A DNA stretch of 64,000 nt. Origin: a virus. Taxonomy: Duplodnaviria > Heunggongvirae > Uroviricota > Caudoviricetes. Within the stretch, counting starts at the first letter, position 1; the number at the start of each line of letters is the position of its first letter. The notes under the pieces were generated by a model. That model was not told where the DNA came from and did no database searches. It saw only the letters and a program-made list of their open reading frames with translations. The stretch is from positions 7,731-71,730 of IMG/VR virus record IMGVR_UViG_3300028833_000081; one strand, given 5' to 3'. Position numbers and translations under genes: made by a program. Positions 27,241 to 37,093 of this stretch are shown here, one piece after another.

Positions 27241-27580
27241 AGTCGATGATTACTTGGATCGGAATCCAGTCCAGCTTGCCATCATCGAATGTGGCTTCTT
27301 GGACTATTCCGTCCATTTCGAAACGGATATCCCAGTGACCATCGTTTTCTGCCTTGATCTGAACCCACTCGTATTTGTTCCAGTTCTGATTGAGGAATTC
27401 AGATAGCTGCTCTAGAACAAGCACAGGCATAGCACTAAAGAAATAGTGCGCCCTTCTTGTATCTTCGAGCATTGATTTTTTGCCGGACGTCAGGATCCAC
27501 TGGAATCCATCAATGTCTGACACGCCATGCTTGAGAAGCACAACGGTAGCGCTGCTTTCTGTTACGGTTAAGTTTACCAT
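27239..27580 (-). CDS. Hypothetical protein (113 aa from MVNLTV)
   Basis: AAGGAG RBS before 27580; the ORF-track N-terminal extension overlaps the tRNA-like element. Confidence 0.75.
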   Translation of the reverse strand: MVNLTVTESSATVVLLKHGVSDIDGFQWILTSGKKSMLEDTRRAHYFFSAMPVLVLEQLSEFLNQNWNKYEWVQIKAENDGHWDIRFEMDGIVQEATFDDGKLDWIPIQVIID

Positions 27581-27600
27581 TTTTTGCTCCTTGGTTAAGA

Positions 27601-27671
27601 AAAACGAGAAGGGATTCGAACCCTTGACTATCCCCAAGCTGGGGATCGCTTTACCACTAAGCTACTCACAT
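27601..27671 (-). ncRNA. tRNA-like element with atypical anticodon arm (pseudo-tRNA)
   Basis: ATGTGAG TA GCTT AGTGGTA AAGC G ATCCC CAGCTTG GGGAT AGTC AAGGG TTCGAAT CCCTT CTCGTTT: intact D and T arms, but A33/U37 and no CCA. Confidence 0.7.
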
Positions 27672-27754
27672 TCTTATATACTATCGATATAAAAAATAAT
27701 ACGCAGATTGCTCTGCGTATTACCAAATGGCAAAAAAGTAACTTCATTATAAAG

Positions 27755-28285
27755 TTATCTAAAACTCTGGTAGGTCTTACCGTTATCCAAAGACATCAGA
27801 TACTTCGTTCTGGTAAACTTGATTCCTTCCTTGAAGATCTGATTCCAGTCGTTGCCAACATGGATCCAACAACTGCCAGTAGAAGGGTTAAATTCATAAA
27901 TGATCTGACCAAAGTGAACAATGCCAGACTTATCCCATTCGATCATCAAAGAAGCGATATCCTTCAGGGATAGCGAACAGTTATGTACATTGATGTCAGC
28001 TGCGCCAAGCGTAGGTTTGCTACCGGGCTGGTAGCCACAGAAGTGGTCAGAGTTAGCACTCGGGTTGTAACCAGAGTTCTTCAGCCTAGTATAGTCATCG
28101 GCAGTCCTTACACCAGACGAAATAGTGATCGTGACATTCTTACTTTGAACTCTCTTGAAAGATTGCAGCTTATCCCTAACAATCTGGAGATTGTTAGCGA
28201 GCATCTGAATCAAGCTTAACTGATAGTCGTTAAGCTGGATCTTAGAAAATTCGGAAAGGTCGAAGTTGGGTGTAAGTTTAGCCAT
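27755..28285 (-). CDS. Endolysin, peptidase M15 family
   Basis: LTPNFDLSEF, ITISSGVR, SDH..AADI and WIHVG zinc-peptidase motifs. Confidence 0.85.
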   Translation of the reverse strand: MAKLTPNFDLSEFSKIQLNDYQLSLIQMLANNLQIVRDKLQSFKRVQSKNVTITISSGVRTADDYTRLKNSGYNPSANSDHFCGYQPGSKPTLGAADINVHNCSLSLKDIASLMIEWDKSGIVHFGQIIYEFNPSTGSCWIHVGNDWNQIFKEGIKFTRTKYLMSLDNGKTYQSFR

Positions 28286-28357
28286 AGCAAAATCCTCTAA
28301 TCATTAGTTAGAAAAAAATAAACGGTATCCCTCATGAGATACCGTTTTAAGAAATCC

Positions 28358-30631
28358 TTACAGGTTCTGTCTCTTTTCGACAAAGTTGTAAGTGATTTCC
28401 ATCTTTCCTCCAAAGCTGGAATCGATACTATCTGCATTGTCATCAAAGCTAGTACGATCCATGAACCACTTGTGGCTGACAATCATAGCGAACTTCATCT
28501 TCGCCAGTTCTTCAGCTACAGCCAGTTTCTTAACGGAAAGACCGTTGAATGCGCCAACGACAGCATCCTTGTATGCGTCACCTTTAACGCCAGACAGGTA
28601 CTTGCCATCGATGTACACCATAACATTCTTGAGGAATTCCATAGAAGGCGTAAGCTTCTTCTTTTCCTTCAGGTACTTTTCAACATCTTCAATCTTCGGG
28701 ATCGAAGAGAAATTCTTGAAGGCGGCAGTGAATGCCGTATAGTTATAGAAGTCTTCGCTCTTGACGGTTTCCTTGGCAGGGTTGTAACCCTTTGCAGTAA
28801 TACCAAGCGTTGCCAGATATTCCTTTTCCTTTTCGGAATACTTCTTGCCTTCGACAAGCTCTTCTTCCTTAATACCAAGCTGCTTCTTGAGGTATCCGAG
28901 ATACTTGAGCTGGAACTGGTATTCGAGAAGAGCCAGAGACAATTTAGTCATCTTGGCAGCCTTGCTTGTAAAGACCTTGTTTCTGTTAAGGACAGGCACA
29001 GAAGACATGTCAATATCACATTCGATCATGTCGCCCTTGTGCTTCTTAATCACGTCAATCTTGACAGCGGTCTTAGAAAGCTTTTCAAAAGTCTTCTTAT
29101 CGAGAATTACCGGGAGAATCTGCACATTGACGATACCATCCTTGATAAGAGTGAAGTTACGCCATACGGTAGAGTTTACCTTGGTAATCTTAAATTCGTT
29201 CTGCGGGAGTTCCAGTTCAACATCGATCAGGAGACGTGCAGAAAGGTTAGCACGTTCTTCGTTCCATGTAAATCCGTTGATGGGATATCCCTTGTCGATC
29301 ATAGTCATCTTGACCTTGCGTTCTTCAGCTGCCTTGGTAATCTTTTCAACCTGTGCAGCAGTCTTCGCATTCTTCAAGAGTTCTTGTTCTTCAGCAGTCA
29401 ATTCAACCTTGTCAGTAGTCTTTGCAGTAGTACGGTTGTAATTGAATCTGCTATTGCAACAGAGAACAAAGTTGTTGCCACTCTTGAGGTCATCGATGAG
29501 GTCTACAACGCAGTAAGCGTTGCTAGGAGCTTCGTAGTTCGGATCGATCGTTCCACGAGCGCCTTCTTCAAATACAGCAGTAGCGATTTCAGTCTGGAAG
29601 TTGAAGAGACGAACCTTGCCAAATGCAGTAGCATAAAGGCCGATAAACTTGGTATCGCCGATTGCTGCAAGGAGCTTTTCAACCAGACCATACTGAAGAC
29701 GGTCTGCACAGACGTTAGCAGCAGCATACAACGGAGAGAGACCTTCGTCGAGCTTGCTGAAATCTTCGCCAGCATTATCCCCTACAACCTTGGAGGAGAT
29801 AGAGTAGAATTTCGTTACACTTTCAGGAATGTGAACACAGGAGTAGTAATCCTTGTGTTTTTCATCCGGCATAATCACATGAATAGTCTTGCTGTTCTGA
29901 TCGAGATAGAACATCTGTTCGATCTTACGATTGTCAGCAATTTCCTTGGTCAGCGGAACAACCACTGCCTTGGTCATCATACGAGTACTCAGAGCACGTT
30001 CGAACACAGGAACATAGCTATCAAAGTCTGATGCTACGACCTTAGTACCACCAAGAGTTTCTGCCATTTCGGTAAGACGGTCAGAGTCGGCCCAGTATCC
30101 ATATTCAATAATGGAAGCGTTGCCGACAGAGTCCTTAATTTCCTTAAGGGCATTGATTACGTTCGTAAAGGAACTTTCGTTGTGTCCACCATCAGAGAGG
30201 AACACCCAGTTCCAAAGACCGCAATTCTTGTTGTTATCGAAGAGCTTCTTGGTTTCAACAACAGGGTTTACGAAGTCCGTACAACCCATCGGAACAAGGA
30301 ACTTGTCGATAGCGTCCTGCAACATCTTAAGTTCGGTCGGAGTATTGCACTTAGCCATTTCCTTGAGGACAAAGCATTCATGCTTCCCTGCAAAGGCAAT
30401 GATAGTGATTGTGTCCAGATCGGCGATAGTCGAGGACAGACGATTCTTGAGCTGCTTACGCATTTTCGGGAGCGTGTCATACATAGATCCCGAAATGTCA
30501 CAACAGTAAACATGGTTTACTGGTTCAGGCTTAAGAACCTTCTTGGTTTTCTTGGTTTCGACGCTATGCTCGGTGAGATAGAGTCGTGTGTCAATCTTAA
30601 AGCTTCTACTAGATAATGCTTTATTTGCCAT
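28358..30631 (-). CDS. vWA (MIDAS) domain protein (757 aa)
   Basis: CCDISGSM (DxSxS), GCT and FLSDGG MIDAS residues. Confidence 0.85.
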   Translation of the reverse strand: MANKALSSRSFKIDTRLYLTEHSVETKKTKKVLKPEPVNHVYCCDISGSMYDTLPKMRKQLKNRLSSTIADLDTITIIAFAGKHECFVLKEMAKCNTPTELKMLQDAIDKFLVPMGCTDFVNPVVETKKLFDNNKNCGLWNWVFLSDGGHNESSFTNVINALKEIKDSVGNASIIEYGYWADSDRLTEMAETLGGTKVVASDFDSYVPVFERALSTRMMTKAVVVPLTKEIADNRKIEQMFYLDQNSKTIHVIMPDEKHKDYYSCVHIPESVTKFYSISSKVVGDNAGEDFSKLDEGLSPLYAAANVCADRLQYGLVEKLLAAIGDTKFIGLYATAFGKVRLFNFQTEIATAVFEEGARGTIDPNYEAPSNAYCVVDLIDDLKSGNNFVLCCNSRFNYNRTTAKTTDKVELTAEEQELLKNAKTAAQVEKITKAAEERKVKMTMIDKGYPINGFTWNEERANLSARLLIDVELELPQNEFKITKVNSTVWRNFTLIKDGIVNVQILPVILDKKTFEKLSKTAVKIDVIKKHKGDMIECDIDMSSVPVLNRNKVFTSKAAKMTKLSLALLEYQFQLKYLGYLKKQLGIKEEELVEGKKYSEKEKEYLATLGITAKGYNPAKETVKSEDFYNYTAFTAAFKNFSSIPKIEDVEKYLKEKKKLTPSMEFLKNVMVYIDGKYLSGVKGDAYKDAVVGAFNGLSVKKLAVAEELAKMKFAMIVSHKWFMDRTSFDDNADSIDSSFGGKMEITYNFVEKRQNL

Positions 30632-30635
30632 GATA

Positions 30636-31058
30636 TTATACCGTCAGCTGTTGGATTTGCTTGTCTCTTTCGCTGACAAAAGAGGCAAGGTTTGTCGGAA
30701 TGACAAATTTCTCTTTCTGTCCGATATTAAGTTCTTCGTGATAGACATATTTATCATTAAAGAGAATGCTCGTCGGATCCTTGTCCTCGTTATCGGTCAT
30801 ATATGCGATAACTCGTTTAGCCTCATGGTTGATATCTTCCTGTGATGGATAGGTATCTTCAGTTGGCGTTTTGATACAGCCTAGAGGATTACCGGACTTA
30901 AGAACCTTACCTAAGGCAATAGCTCTTTCCCAGTCATATCTCTCTATCATGCACTTCGGACAGTTTTCATTAAATGGAATAAATCCTAGCATGGCTAGCC
31001 TAGACCATTCCAAAGGAATCTCGTATTCTTTTTTACAAAATTTACACGTTCTTTTCAT
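30636..31058 (-). CDS. Hypothetical zinc-ribbon protein
   Basis: CKFC...CPKC. Confidence 0.65.
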   Translation of the reverse strand: MKRTCKFCKKEYEIPLEWSRLAMLGFIPFNENCPKCMIERYDWERAIALGKVLKSGNPLGCIKTPTEDTYPSQEDINHEAKRVIAYMTDNEDKDPTSILFNDKYVYHEELNIGQKEKFVIPTNLASFVSERDKQIQQLTV

Positions 31059-31069
31059 ACAACTCTATT

Positions 31070-31483
31070 TTGATAAAGGAGTTTAACATGGAAGATACAG
31101 AAATGCACGCTCCGTCGAAGAATTTCGATGCAATTCGTGATCTCGTTAACCTGCTTGAAGATGTTCAGCAGCAGTTTAGAATTTGGCACTGGAATACTAA
31201 AGATTGGATCCATCTTGCCACTGAGGAAGTTTACAAGGGATTGATTAATCCCATGGATGGTCTTGCAGAAAGTTACAGAGTGATGTCTGCAAAGCTCTAT
31301 ACAAGAGGAGAAGCCAAGCCTACCTTTGAAGCTGACTTTGATGTAACGAAGGCTAGACTTGTCTGCAATACTACCATTGCACAGCTCAACAAGATCGCTA
31401 AAGAAATCGGTGATGAAGGTATCAACGGTTACGTTGGCGACTGTGTACAACTATTGCGAACCTGTCTCTATAAATTGATGTAA
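31070..31483 (+). CDS. Ferritin/Dps-like four-helix protein
   Basis: HWNT..HLATEEVY..MDGLAE pattern; AAGGAG RBS before the ATG at 31088; terminator at about 31486-31520. Confidence 0.65.
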   Translation: MIKEFNMEDTEMHAPSKNFDAIRDLVNLLEDVQQQFRIWHWNTKDWIHLATEEVYKGLINPMDGLAESYRVMSAKLYTRGEAKPTFEADFDVTKARLVCNTTIAQLNKIAKEIGDEGINGYVGDCVQLLRTCLYKLM

Positions 31484-31513
31484 AATAAAGTCTGATCGAA
31501 AGATCAGACTATT

Positions 31514-31780
31514 TTATTTCAGAATCTTGAAGTCCTTTTCAATAATGATTATCTTGAGAGACTTTCTAATTGCTGGGGCAATGTCGTTTGCTAGTATAGC
31601 TTCTGCCATTCCTTTTTCTGCAAACAATGTTGCATTCTTTGGGTCTCTAACAAACTTCACAAACGAACCGTCTTCAAGAGATACCAAACATTTTCCGTCG
31701 GCCTTTTCAGCGATGGCATAGAAGTGGTCTGGTAGATTTATCGGACTTTCTACCGGGCTAAGATATATTTTTGTTGGCAT
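31514..31780 (-). CDS. Hypothetical protein (88 aa)
   Basis: AAGGAG RBS. Confidence 0.75.
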   Translation of the reverse strand: MPTKIYLSPVESPINLPDHFYAIAEKADGKCLVSLEDGSFVKFVRDPKNATLFAEKGMAEAILANDIAPAIRKSLKIIIIEKDFKILK

Positions 31781-31811
31781 ATTGTCTCCTTGGCTAGATA
31801 ATTATATGCAA

Positions 31812-32060
31812 TTAAATATACCGCCATGCAACTGGCTCAACTGTTTCAGCCACAGATGTCTGGATAGGGCGATGAATCTTGTATTCATCGAACGCATCAG
31901 AATAATAACCAACAGTCTCGACTACCTTCCCGAAAGTCTCATCCTTTTCCTTGGATACGTATTTAATGAGAAGCCAAACACCAGGCATAGGCTTATCGTT
32001 TTCGAAATATGAATGCCATATCAGGACATTTGGCGTTACAGTAGTGTTTGGTTCGCTCAT
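31812..32060 (-). CDS. DUF551-like small phage protein
   Basis: W..Y...KP..GVWLLI..GYY..VAWRY pattern. Confidence 0.5.
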   Translation of the reverse strand: MSEPNTTVTPNVLIWHSYFENDKPMPGVWLLIKYVSKEKDETFGKVVETVGYYSDAFDEYKIHRPIQTSVAETVEPVAWRYI

Positions 32061-32069
32061 ATAGGCTCC

Positions 32070-32294
32070 TTACTTTTTGATTTCGTAGTACTTGTTTCTG
32101 ACGAGGATATCCTGAGTACCACCATACAGGAAGGTGATTCTAAGGTATTCTCCATTGTTAATCTTTTCGATTTTCTTCACGTCATCAAGGTGATGGTATT
32201 CACAGTCATAGTTCTTTTCCTTGCATACCATAATGACGATGGGCTTGGCAAATGCCATAGAACACAGAAGGGAAATGATAAGAATAAGCTTCAT
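32070..32294 (-). CDS. Small exported protein with signal peptide
   Basis: MKLILIISLLCSMAFA N-terminus; AAGGAG RBS. Confidence 0.7.
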   Translation of the reverse strand: MKLILIISLLCSMAFAKPIVIMVCKEKNYDCEYHHLDDVKKIEKINNGEYLRITFLYGGTQDILVRNKYYEIKK

Positions 32295-32370
32295 AATTAA
32301 CTCCTTACAAAGTAAAGTTTAGAGGATCAACAGATAAAAAATAATCTCAGCCTTGGCTGAGATTATAGAT

Positions 32371-32871
32371 TTACGTTTTTGCGTACTTTCTTAAAGAAGG
32401 TGCGCACTGATTGACAGATGGCTTTAACTCCTTAACAATTTCAACCATTTTCTTTGGATCTGATGGATTAAAGAGATACTGTTTCTGTACTACTGTTTGA
32501 GGAGCGTCAATAGTGTCTTCATTAAATATGAATAACAGTTTGTAGCCGTCGTCATAGAGCTTCTTATTAATTGCTAATTGCGCCTTGCTTCCTTTTTCTT
32601 GAATCAGGAAGAACTCGGATGAGCTCAACTTATCCGAAAATTTAGTCGTTAGCATCTCAATCTGTTCCATTACTTTATCAACCCCATACTTGGGAATAAG
32701 CTTCAATTCTACCATATCATCGTCTAACCAAAGACATGTGTGGTCAGAGAAGTAGTATATGCTAGTCTTATCCAAGAAAGATGCAAAGACTAATTTGGAG
32801 AGAGGCTTCTTCAACGCTTCTCTCACTGTAATTTTTCTGGCTGGTTTGGTAAAAATTTTGACATCGATCAT
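32371..32871 (-). CDS. Hypothetical protein (166 aa)
   Basis: AAGGAA RBS; terminator at about 32340-32367. Confidence 0.75.
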   Translation of the reverse strand: MIDVKIFTKPARKITVREALKKPLSKLVFASFLDKTSIYYFSDHTCLWLDDDMVELKLIPKYGVDKVMEQIEMLTTKFSDKLSSSEFFLIQEKGSKAQLAINKKLYDDGYKLLFIFNEDTIDAPQTVVQKQYLFNPSDPKKMVEIVKELKPSVNQCAPSLRKYAKT

Positions 32872-32930
32872 AAATAAATTCCTTCTATTGGAGAGTTTTT
32901 AAAAAAGAAAGGCGGTAATACCGCCTTAAT

Positions 32931-34184
32931 TTAATCATCTTCATCTTCGTCAATGAGACTATCTTCGTCATCTTTTTCATTGACTGTTCCAAGAATACAT
33001 TTTGCGGCATCCTTGATTTCGTCACGATATTCAGAATGATAGCGTCCATTAGCGTAGAGCATAGGGTTAGCGAGGATATCTTGCTTGAACGATTCTCGAC
33101 AGTAGTCAAGAAAGGTCTTGCTAGCCTTCTTCCCATCTTTGTAGTGCTTGAGCATCAATTCAAAGGTAGCTTTGAGGATTTCCAAGTCTTCTAGTTGAGA
33201 CTTCATGAATTCTTCAAAGACTTCCTCATGAAAAGGTTTGTCAAATGAACATGCGACTAGACCATTTGTCCAAGATTCTATATCACGGTATTCGCCCGAC
33301 CGTTCAATGGTCTCGAAGTCTATTCCTTTAGGAAGCTTCACCTTCTTTAAGGTGAAGTACAGAGAGAAAAGATCGCCTATAGTGATAGGTTTATCTTTGC
33401 TATCCTTCTCCGGGAATATAGAGAAAGCTGCTGCCTTGAGAAAGTCTTCAGGATCAATCTTTGTTGCTTTGAAGACTATCCTGCCATTCTTAGCAGTAAT
33501 CTTGATATCCTTCACTTTCCTAGCAACATCATAGTACTTCAAGAATTTCACGTCTGGAAAACCTGACCATTCCGGATGCCATGCATTCTTTTCTCTTATA
33601 CAGTCAAACCTGATACCTTGGCGCTTGCTAACCTCCGCATATACTTCAGATGGAGTAATGTTTGTAAAAAGTTCATACCCATTGGTAGGCATGATATCCT
33701 TGCAAACGACTTCTCCCTTAGCTATGAGGACATTATTCTTATACTCATAGGTAACACTTTCCTTGTATACTGAGGCAAGGCACTTGGAATCTTCTATGAT
33801 GAATTTGGTTTTGTACTCTGTACGGCTGAATGCTGCATCCACAAAGTTTGCAACCTTTTCAGCATTCACCATCTTTTCATCTAAAGATGCTGGCATCAAT
33901 GCGACCACCTTCAAAGGATAGACCACTACCGACTTCTTCTTGAAAATTTCAACGAATTCATCAGCATGAGCCAACACAAAGTTGGCGATATCTAGCTCCT
34001 CGTATCCGTGGCTAACTTCTGCACATTCCTTATCTCTACCCTCTTCCAAACAGGAAAAGGGATCTTGCATATCACGATATGCAGACATCGCATTAACAGT
34101 CAGCATTAGCTTGAGTTCTTTGAACTCAAACACCTTCGGCTTAACAGCCTCGGCATCAGTCTTCGTAGTCTTCTGTTTTGTCAT
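32931..34184 (-). CDS. Hypothetical protein (417 aa)
   Basis: Long ORF with GGAG RBS and acidic tail. Confidence 0.8.
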   Translation of the reverse strand: MTKQKTTKTDAEAVKPKVFEFKELKLMLTVNAMSAYRDMQDPFSCLEEGRDKECAEVSHGYEELDIANFVLAHADEFVEIFKKKSVVVYPLKVVALMPASLDEKMVNAEKVANFVDAAFSRTEYKTKFIIEDSKCLASVYKESVTYEYKNNVLIAKGEVVCKDIMPTNGYELFTNITPSEVYAEVSKRQGIRFDCIREKNAWHPEWSGFPDVKFLKYYDVARKVKDIKITAKNGRIVFKATKIDPEDFLKAAAFSIFPEKDSKDKPITIGDLFSLYFTLKKVKLPKGIDFETIERSGEYRDIESWTNGLVACSFDKPFHEEVFEEFMKSQLEDLEILKATFELMLKHYKDGKKASKTFLDYCRESFKQDILANPMLYANGRYHSEYRDEIKDAAKCILGTVNEKDDEDSLIDEDEDD

Positions 34185-35703
34185 TTGTTACTCCCTCTAA
34201 GTCTGACTCAATACGTTTTAGTTTAGCTTCATTATAAGAAACGCCACCAGCGCCGCAGATCTTGTTTACTTTATCATAAATAGTCTTAGGATACTTCCTT
34301 AATTCACATTCCACATTGCGTCTGGCTTCTTTGATAACATTTTCTGCTTCAAAGATTGACATTGTAGAATCTATGGTTACAGTTCCTACGTCTATATCTT
34401 CATCATCATCTTCAAGACCGATGGACGATTCATCTATTTTGCTAAGGATCAGCGTAGCTAAGTCATGAATCTTAGGATTCCTAGAAAGCATCATTCTGGC
34501 GAATGTATTTTCGATCTTGAACTCCTCTCCGGTGAACTTGAACGGATTGGTGAACATAGCTTCTTTGAACATATCCTGAGCATACTTGATAACTTCAATG
34601 TTCTTAGACTTAAGCTCTTCGAGAAGATCCTTCAGTCCGTTGAACATCCTTGCAGCTCTTTTACAAGCCAACAAGCAATCCTTAACATCCCTCAATGCTG
34701 ATTCAGTATTGTACCATGTTGAGCACAACTTGAAGTATACATTAGAATTAAAGCACGAAACGTCATCATTGAAAGTAATTTCAGCATCCTTGTCATTCTT
34801 GCTATAGTGCAGATCAACGAACTGATTCAGACGTTTATCATTACATACAGCAGTCAGAACAGAGATAACTTCAGAAGCAGATGGAGCCTTTGAGTCAAAC
34901 AATGATCCTGCGGCAGCTTCTATAGCCTTTTCAATATCCATCTCGGACTTGGGCAGGAAGAGAAGCTCAAAATCGCCTCTCATTTCTGAATTGGTAGCGG
35001 GATTAATAGTGAAAATATTCGGGTTTGCAAAGTATACATACAATCCCAGATATACGCTATCATACGGAAAGAGATCCCACATTCTATAATCTGTGTTACG
35101 CCAGCCATCCTCTGTAGTCCTGAATTTCATTTCGCTATCTCTTGAGGATTGTCTCATACGTTCCCTAGAGAATGTTCCAAGATATGTCTTTTGCTTAAAA
35201 TTGTCAATATCCTGCCTTTTGAATTCAGAGAATATTAAGTCAGCCTGAGCAGAGATGGTATAGGGATTTTCTATCTTCCCGACGACATTTTCGATCCTAT
35301 TATTGCAAGACTCGAAGGGAAGGTTAAATGGCTTTCCAAGAGCCTTCTCTCCGGCAACCGTACGAACAGCTTCACGAAAGGCACCATTAAGGTAGCTTTC
35401 ACTAGTTAACTTCGTCTTCAGTTTATCGCTGACAGGGAATGGGAAGCATACGTTAAAACGCATCTTGATAAAGATTTCTTCATCTCCGTTGGAATCGACG
35501 ATAGCCTTTGTTATCTCATTGAGCTTTTCGAAATCCTCCGGTCGGATTCTTTTTGTGAGAGGAGAATAGTTTCTGCCATAGGTTATCATGGCTGATTCCA
35601 TTATCGCTTCAATCTTCTGTTGGTCGGTATTTGGATCAAGACCTAAAAACAGTCTACAAGTGTCCATTGTAAAGAATAGTTCTGCAAAAGAATATTCTTT
35701 CAT
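34156..35703 (-). CDS. Hypothetical protein (515 aa)
   Basis: Long ORF with AAGGAG RBS. Confidence 0.8.
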   Translation of the reverse strand: MKEYSFAELFFTMDTCRLFLGLDPNTDQQKIEAIMESAMITYGRNYSPLTKRIRPEDFEKLNEITKAIVDSNGDEEIFIKMRFNVCFPFPVSDKLKTKLTSESYLNGAFREAVRTVAGEKALGKPFNLPFESCNNRIENVVGKIENPYTISAQADLIFSEFKRQDIDNFKQKTYLGTFSRERMRQSSRDSEMKFRTTEDGWRNTDYRMWDLFPYDSVYLGLYVYFANPNIFTINPATNSEMRGDFELLFLPKSEMDIEKAIEAAAGSLFDSKAPSASEVISVLTAVCNDKRLNQFVDLHYSKNDKDAEITFNDDVSCFNSNVYFKLCSTWYNTESALRDVKDCLLACKRAARMFNGLKDLLEELKSKNIEVIKYAQDMFKEAMFTNPFKFTGEEFKIENTFARMMLSRNPKIHDLATLILSKIDESSIGLEDDDEDIDVGTVTIDSTMSIFEAENVIKEARRNVECELRKYPKTIYDKVNKICGAGGVSYNEAKLKRIESDLEGVTNDKTEDYED

Positions 35704-35915
35704 TTTGTCTCCTTGGTTAAGAATAATTTATAGTCATTCTTTTATATATAAATAAAAGACAATAAAAATATCAGTCTATCACTCGATAGACTGATATAAA
35801 CGCACAGAGAAGAACATACCAGGTTAGAACTGTGCGTATTTTGCGAACCACAATAACGGGAAAAAGGAAACGAACCCGTCATTTTTAAGTTAGCTTCATT
35901 CTACAAGGAGATGAA

Positions 35916-37058
35916 ATGGCTGATGCGACAAACATAACTGAAGCTCCAAAGACATTATTTTCATTGTACTTCGAAACTCAGATCTTCCAAGATCTGTCGT
36001 GTGTGAAGACTAGATATGGTGCCACATACTTCCATGATGGCCTTTACATTAGACAACGGGAACACTCTACTATACATATAGGAGATAATCTAGATAACCT
36101 CGCTGATCATTCTTCATACACCTTCCAGCACTTAATGAAAGTGATCAATGGAGAAGAATTTCCAATAGAGATTAGCGGCTTCATGCATGCTATTCCCAAC
36201 AAGAATTTTTCTTCTAAGGAAGAAGCTTTCGATGAAGGATCCAATATACTTAGATTCATAACTAGTGGTGCTATGAAGATCTTTATAGAAGACCATGAAG
36301 TGACTCTAAAAGATCCTATGATCGTACCAATCCATCGTTCTGATGATGATTTCAAGAGGGGAAATATAATCTATATTAATTTCAGAGGCTTTGCAACTGC
36401 AAGACTTTGTAAGCCGATAGAACCACTTCCTGAAGAGTCAGTAAGGCGCAGATTCTCGAAAACAAAGAAAATCCACTTAGACAATATCAATGACATCTTT
36501 CTATTAATGTCAAACATAAATCTTCTTAGTCTCAAGGATGGAAATCAATACGGAGCAATTTCTGCAACCTACTGCAAGCTAGAGGAGTCCGACGAAACTT
36601 TTGCGGATATCAATTATTGGTTAAGGAATCATATGATGTCACGTCCAAGAGATATAGGACTTCTGTATTGTGCTATCAGAGATTTGGATAGTTCTATATA
36701 CAATCCGGTTGACTACTATCCGACATTCAAGAAAACCCTTAACTCTGAGACTATTAATAAGGTTATCACGGATATGATAGAACTCGATAAAGATACTGAA
36801 ATGATCGTGAGATGCAGCCAAAAGCTTATAGATGACTATGAAAAATATCTTGATAATGGAAAGAAAAAGAATAAGACAGAAGAGACTATATTGTATTTCG
36901 TATCTCTAACTGTCAATAATCAAATAGAACTTCATCCGTTAGAGGTTAAAGCCATAATAGCTAAACTCTCTAACTCCAAGGAAAGTTCTAATATCTTCGC
37001 AATTATAGACAAACGTATTTCTAGTGTTGACGTTCTTGCCGAAGATGAAGAAGACTAA
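35916..37058 (+). CDS. Hypothetical protein (380 aa)
   Basis: AAGGAG RBS; terminator at about 37058-37094. Confidence 0.8.
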   Translation: MADATNITEAPKTLFSLYFETQIFQDLSCVKTRYGATYFHDGLYIRQREHSTIHIGDNLDNLADHSSYTFQHLMKVINGEEFPIEISGFMHAIPNKNFSSKEEAFDEGSNILRFITSGAMKIFIEDHEVTLKDPMIVPIHRSDDDFKRGNIIYINFRGFATARLCKPIEPLPEESVRRRFSKTKKIHLDNINDIFLLMSNINLLSLKDGNQYGAISATYCKLEESDETFADINYWLRNHMMSRPRDIGLLYCAIRDLDSSIYNPVDYYPTFKKTLNSETINKVITDMIELDKDTEMIVRCSQKLIDDYEKYLDNGKKKNKTEETILYFVSLTVNNQIELHPLEVKAIIAKLSNSKESSNIFAIIDKRISSVDVLAEDEED

Positions 37059-37093
37059 AAAAGAAAAGCGGTCTAGCCGCCTTTCTTTTTTTT

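Noticed and set aside
28334-30031. Long antisense ORFs (also 3705..5099, 11704..13038, 47335..48528, 25089..25937)
   Set aside because: They are shadows of codon-biased genes on the opposite strand, with no RBS support or motifs.
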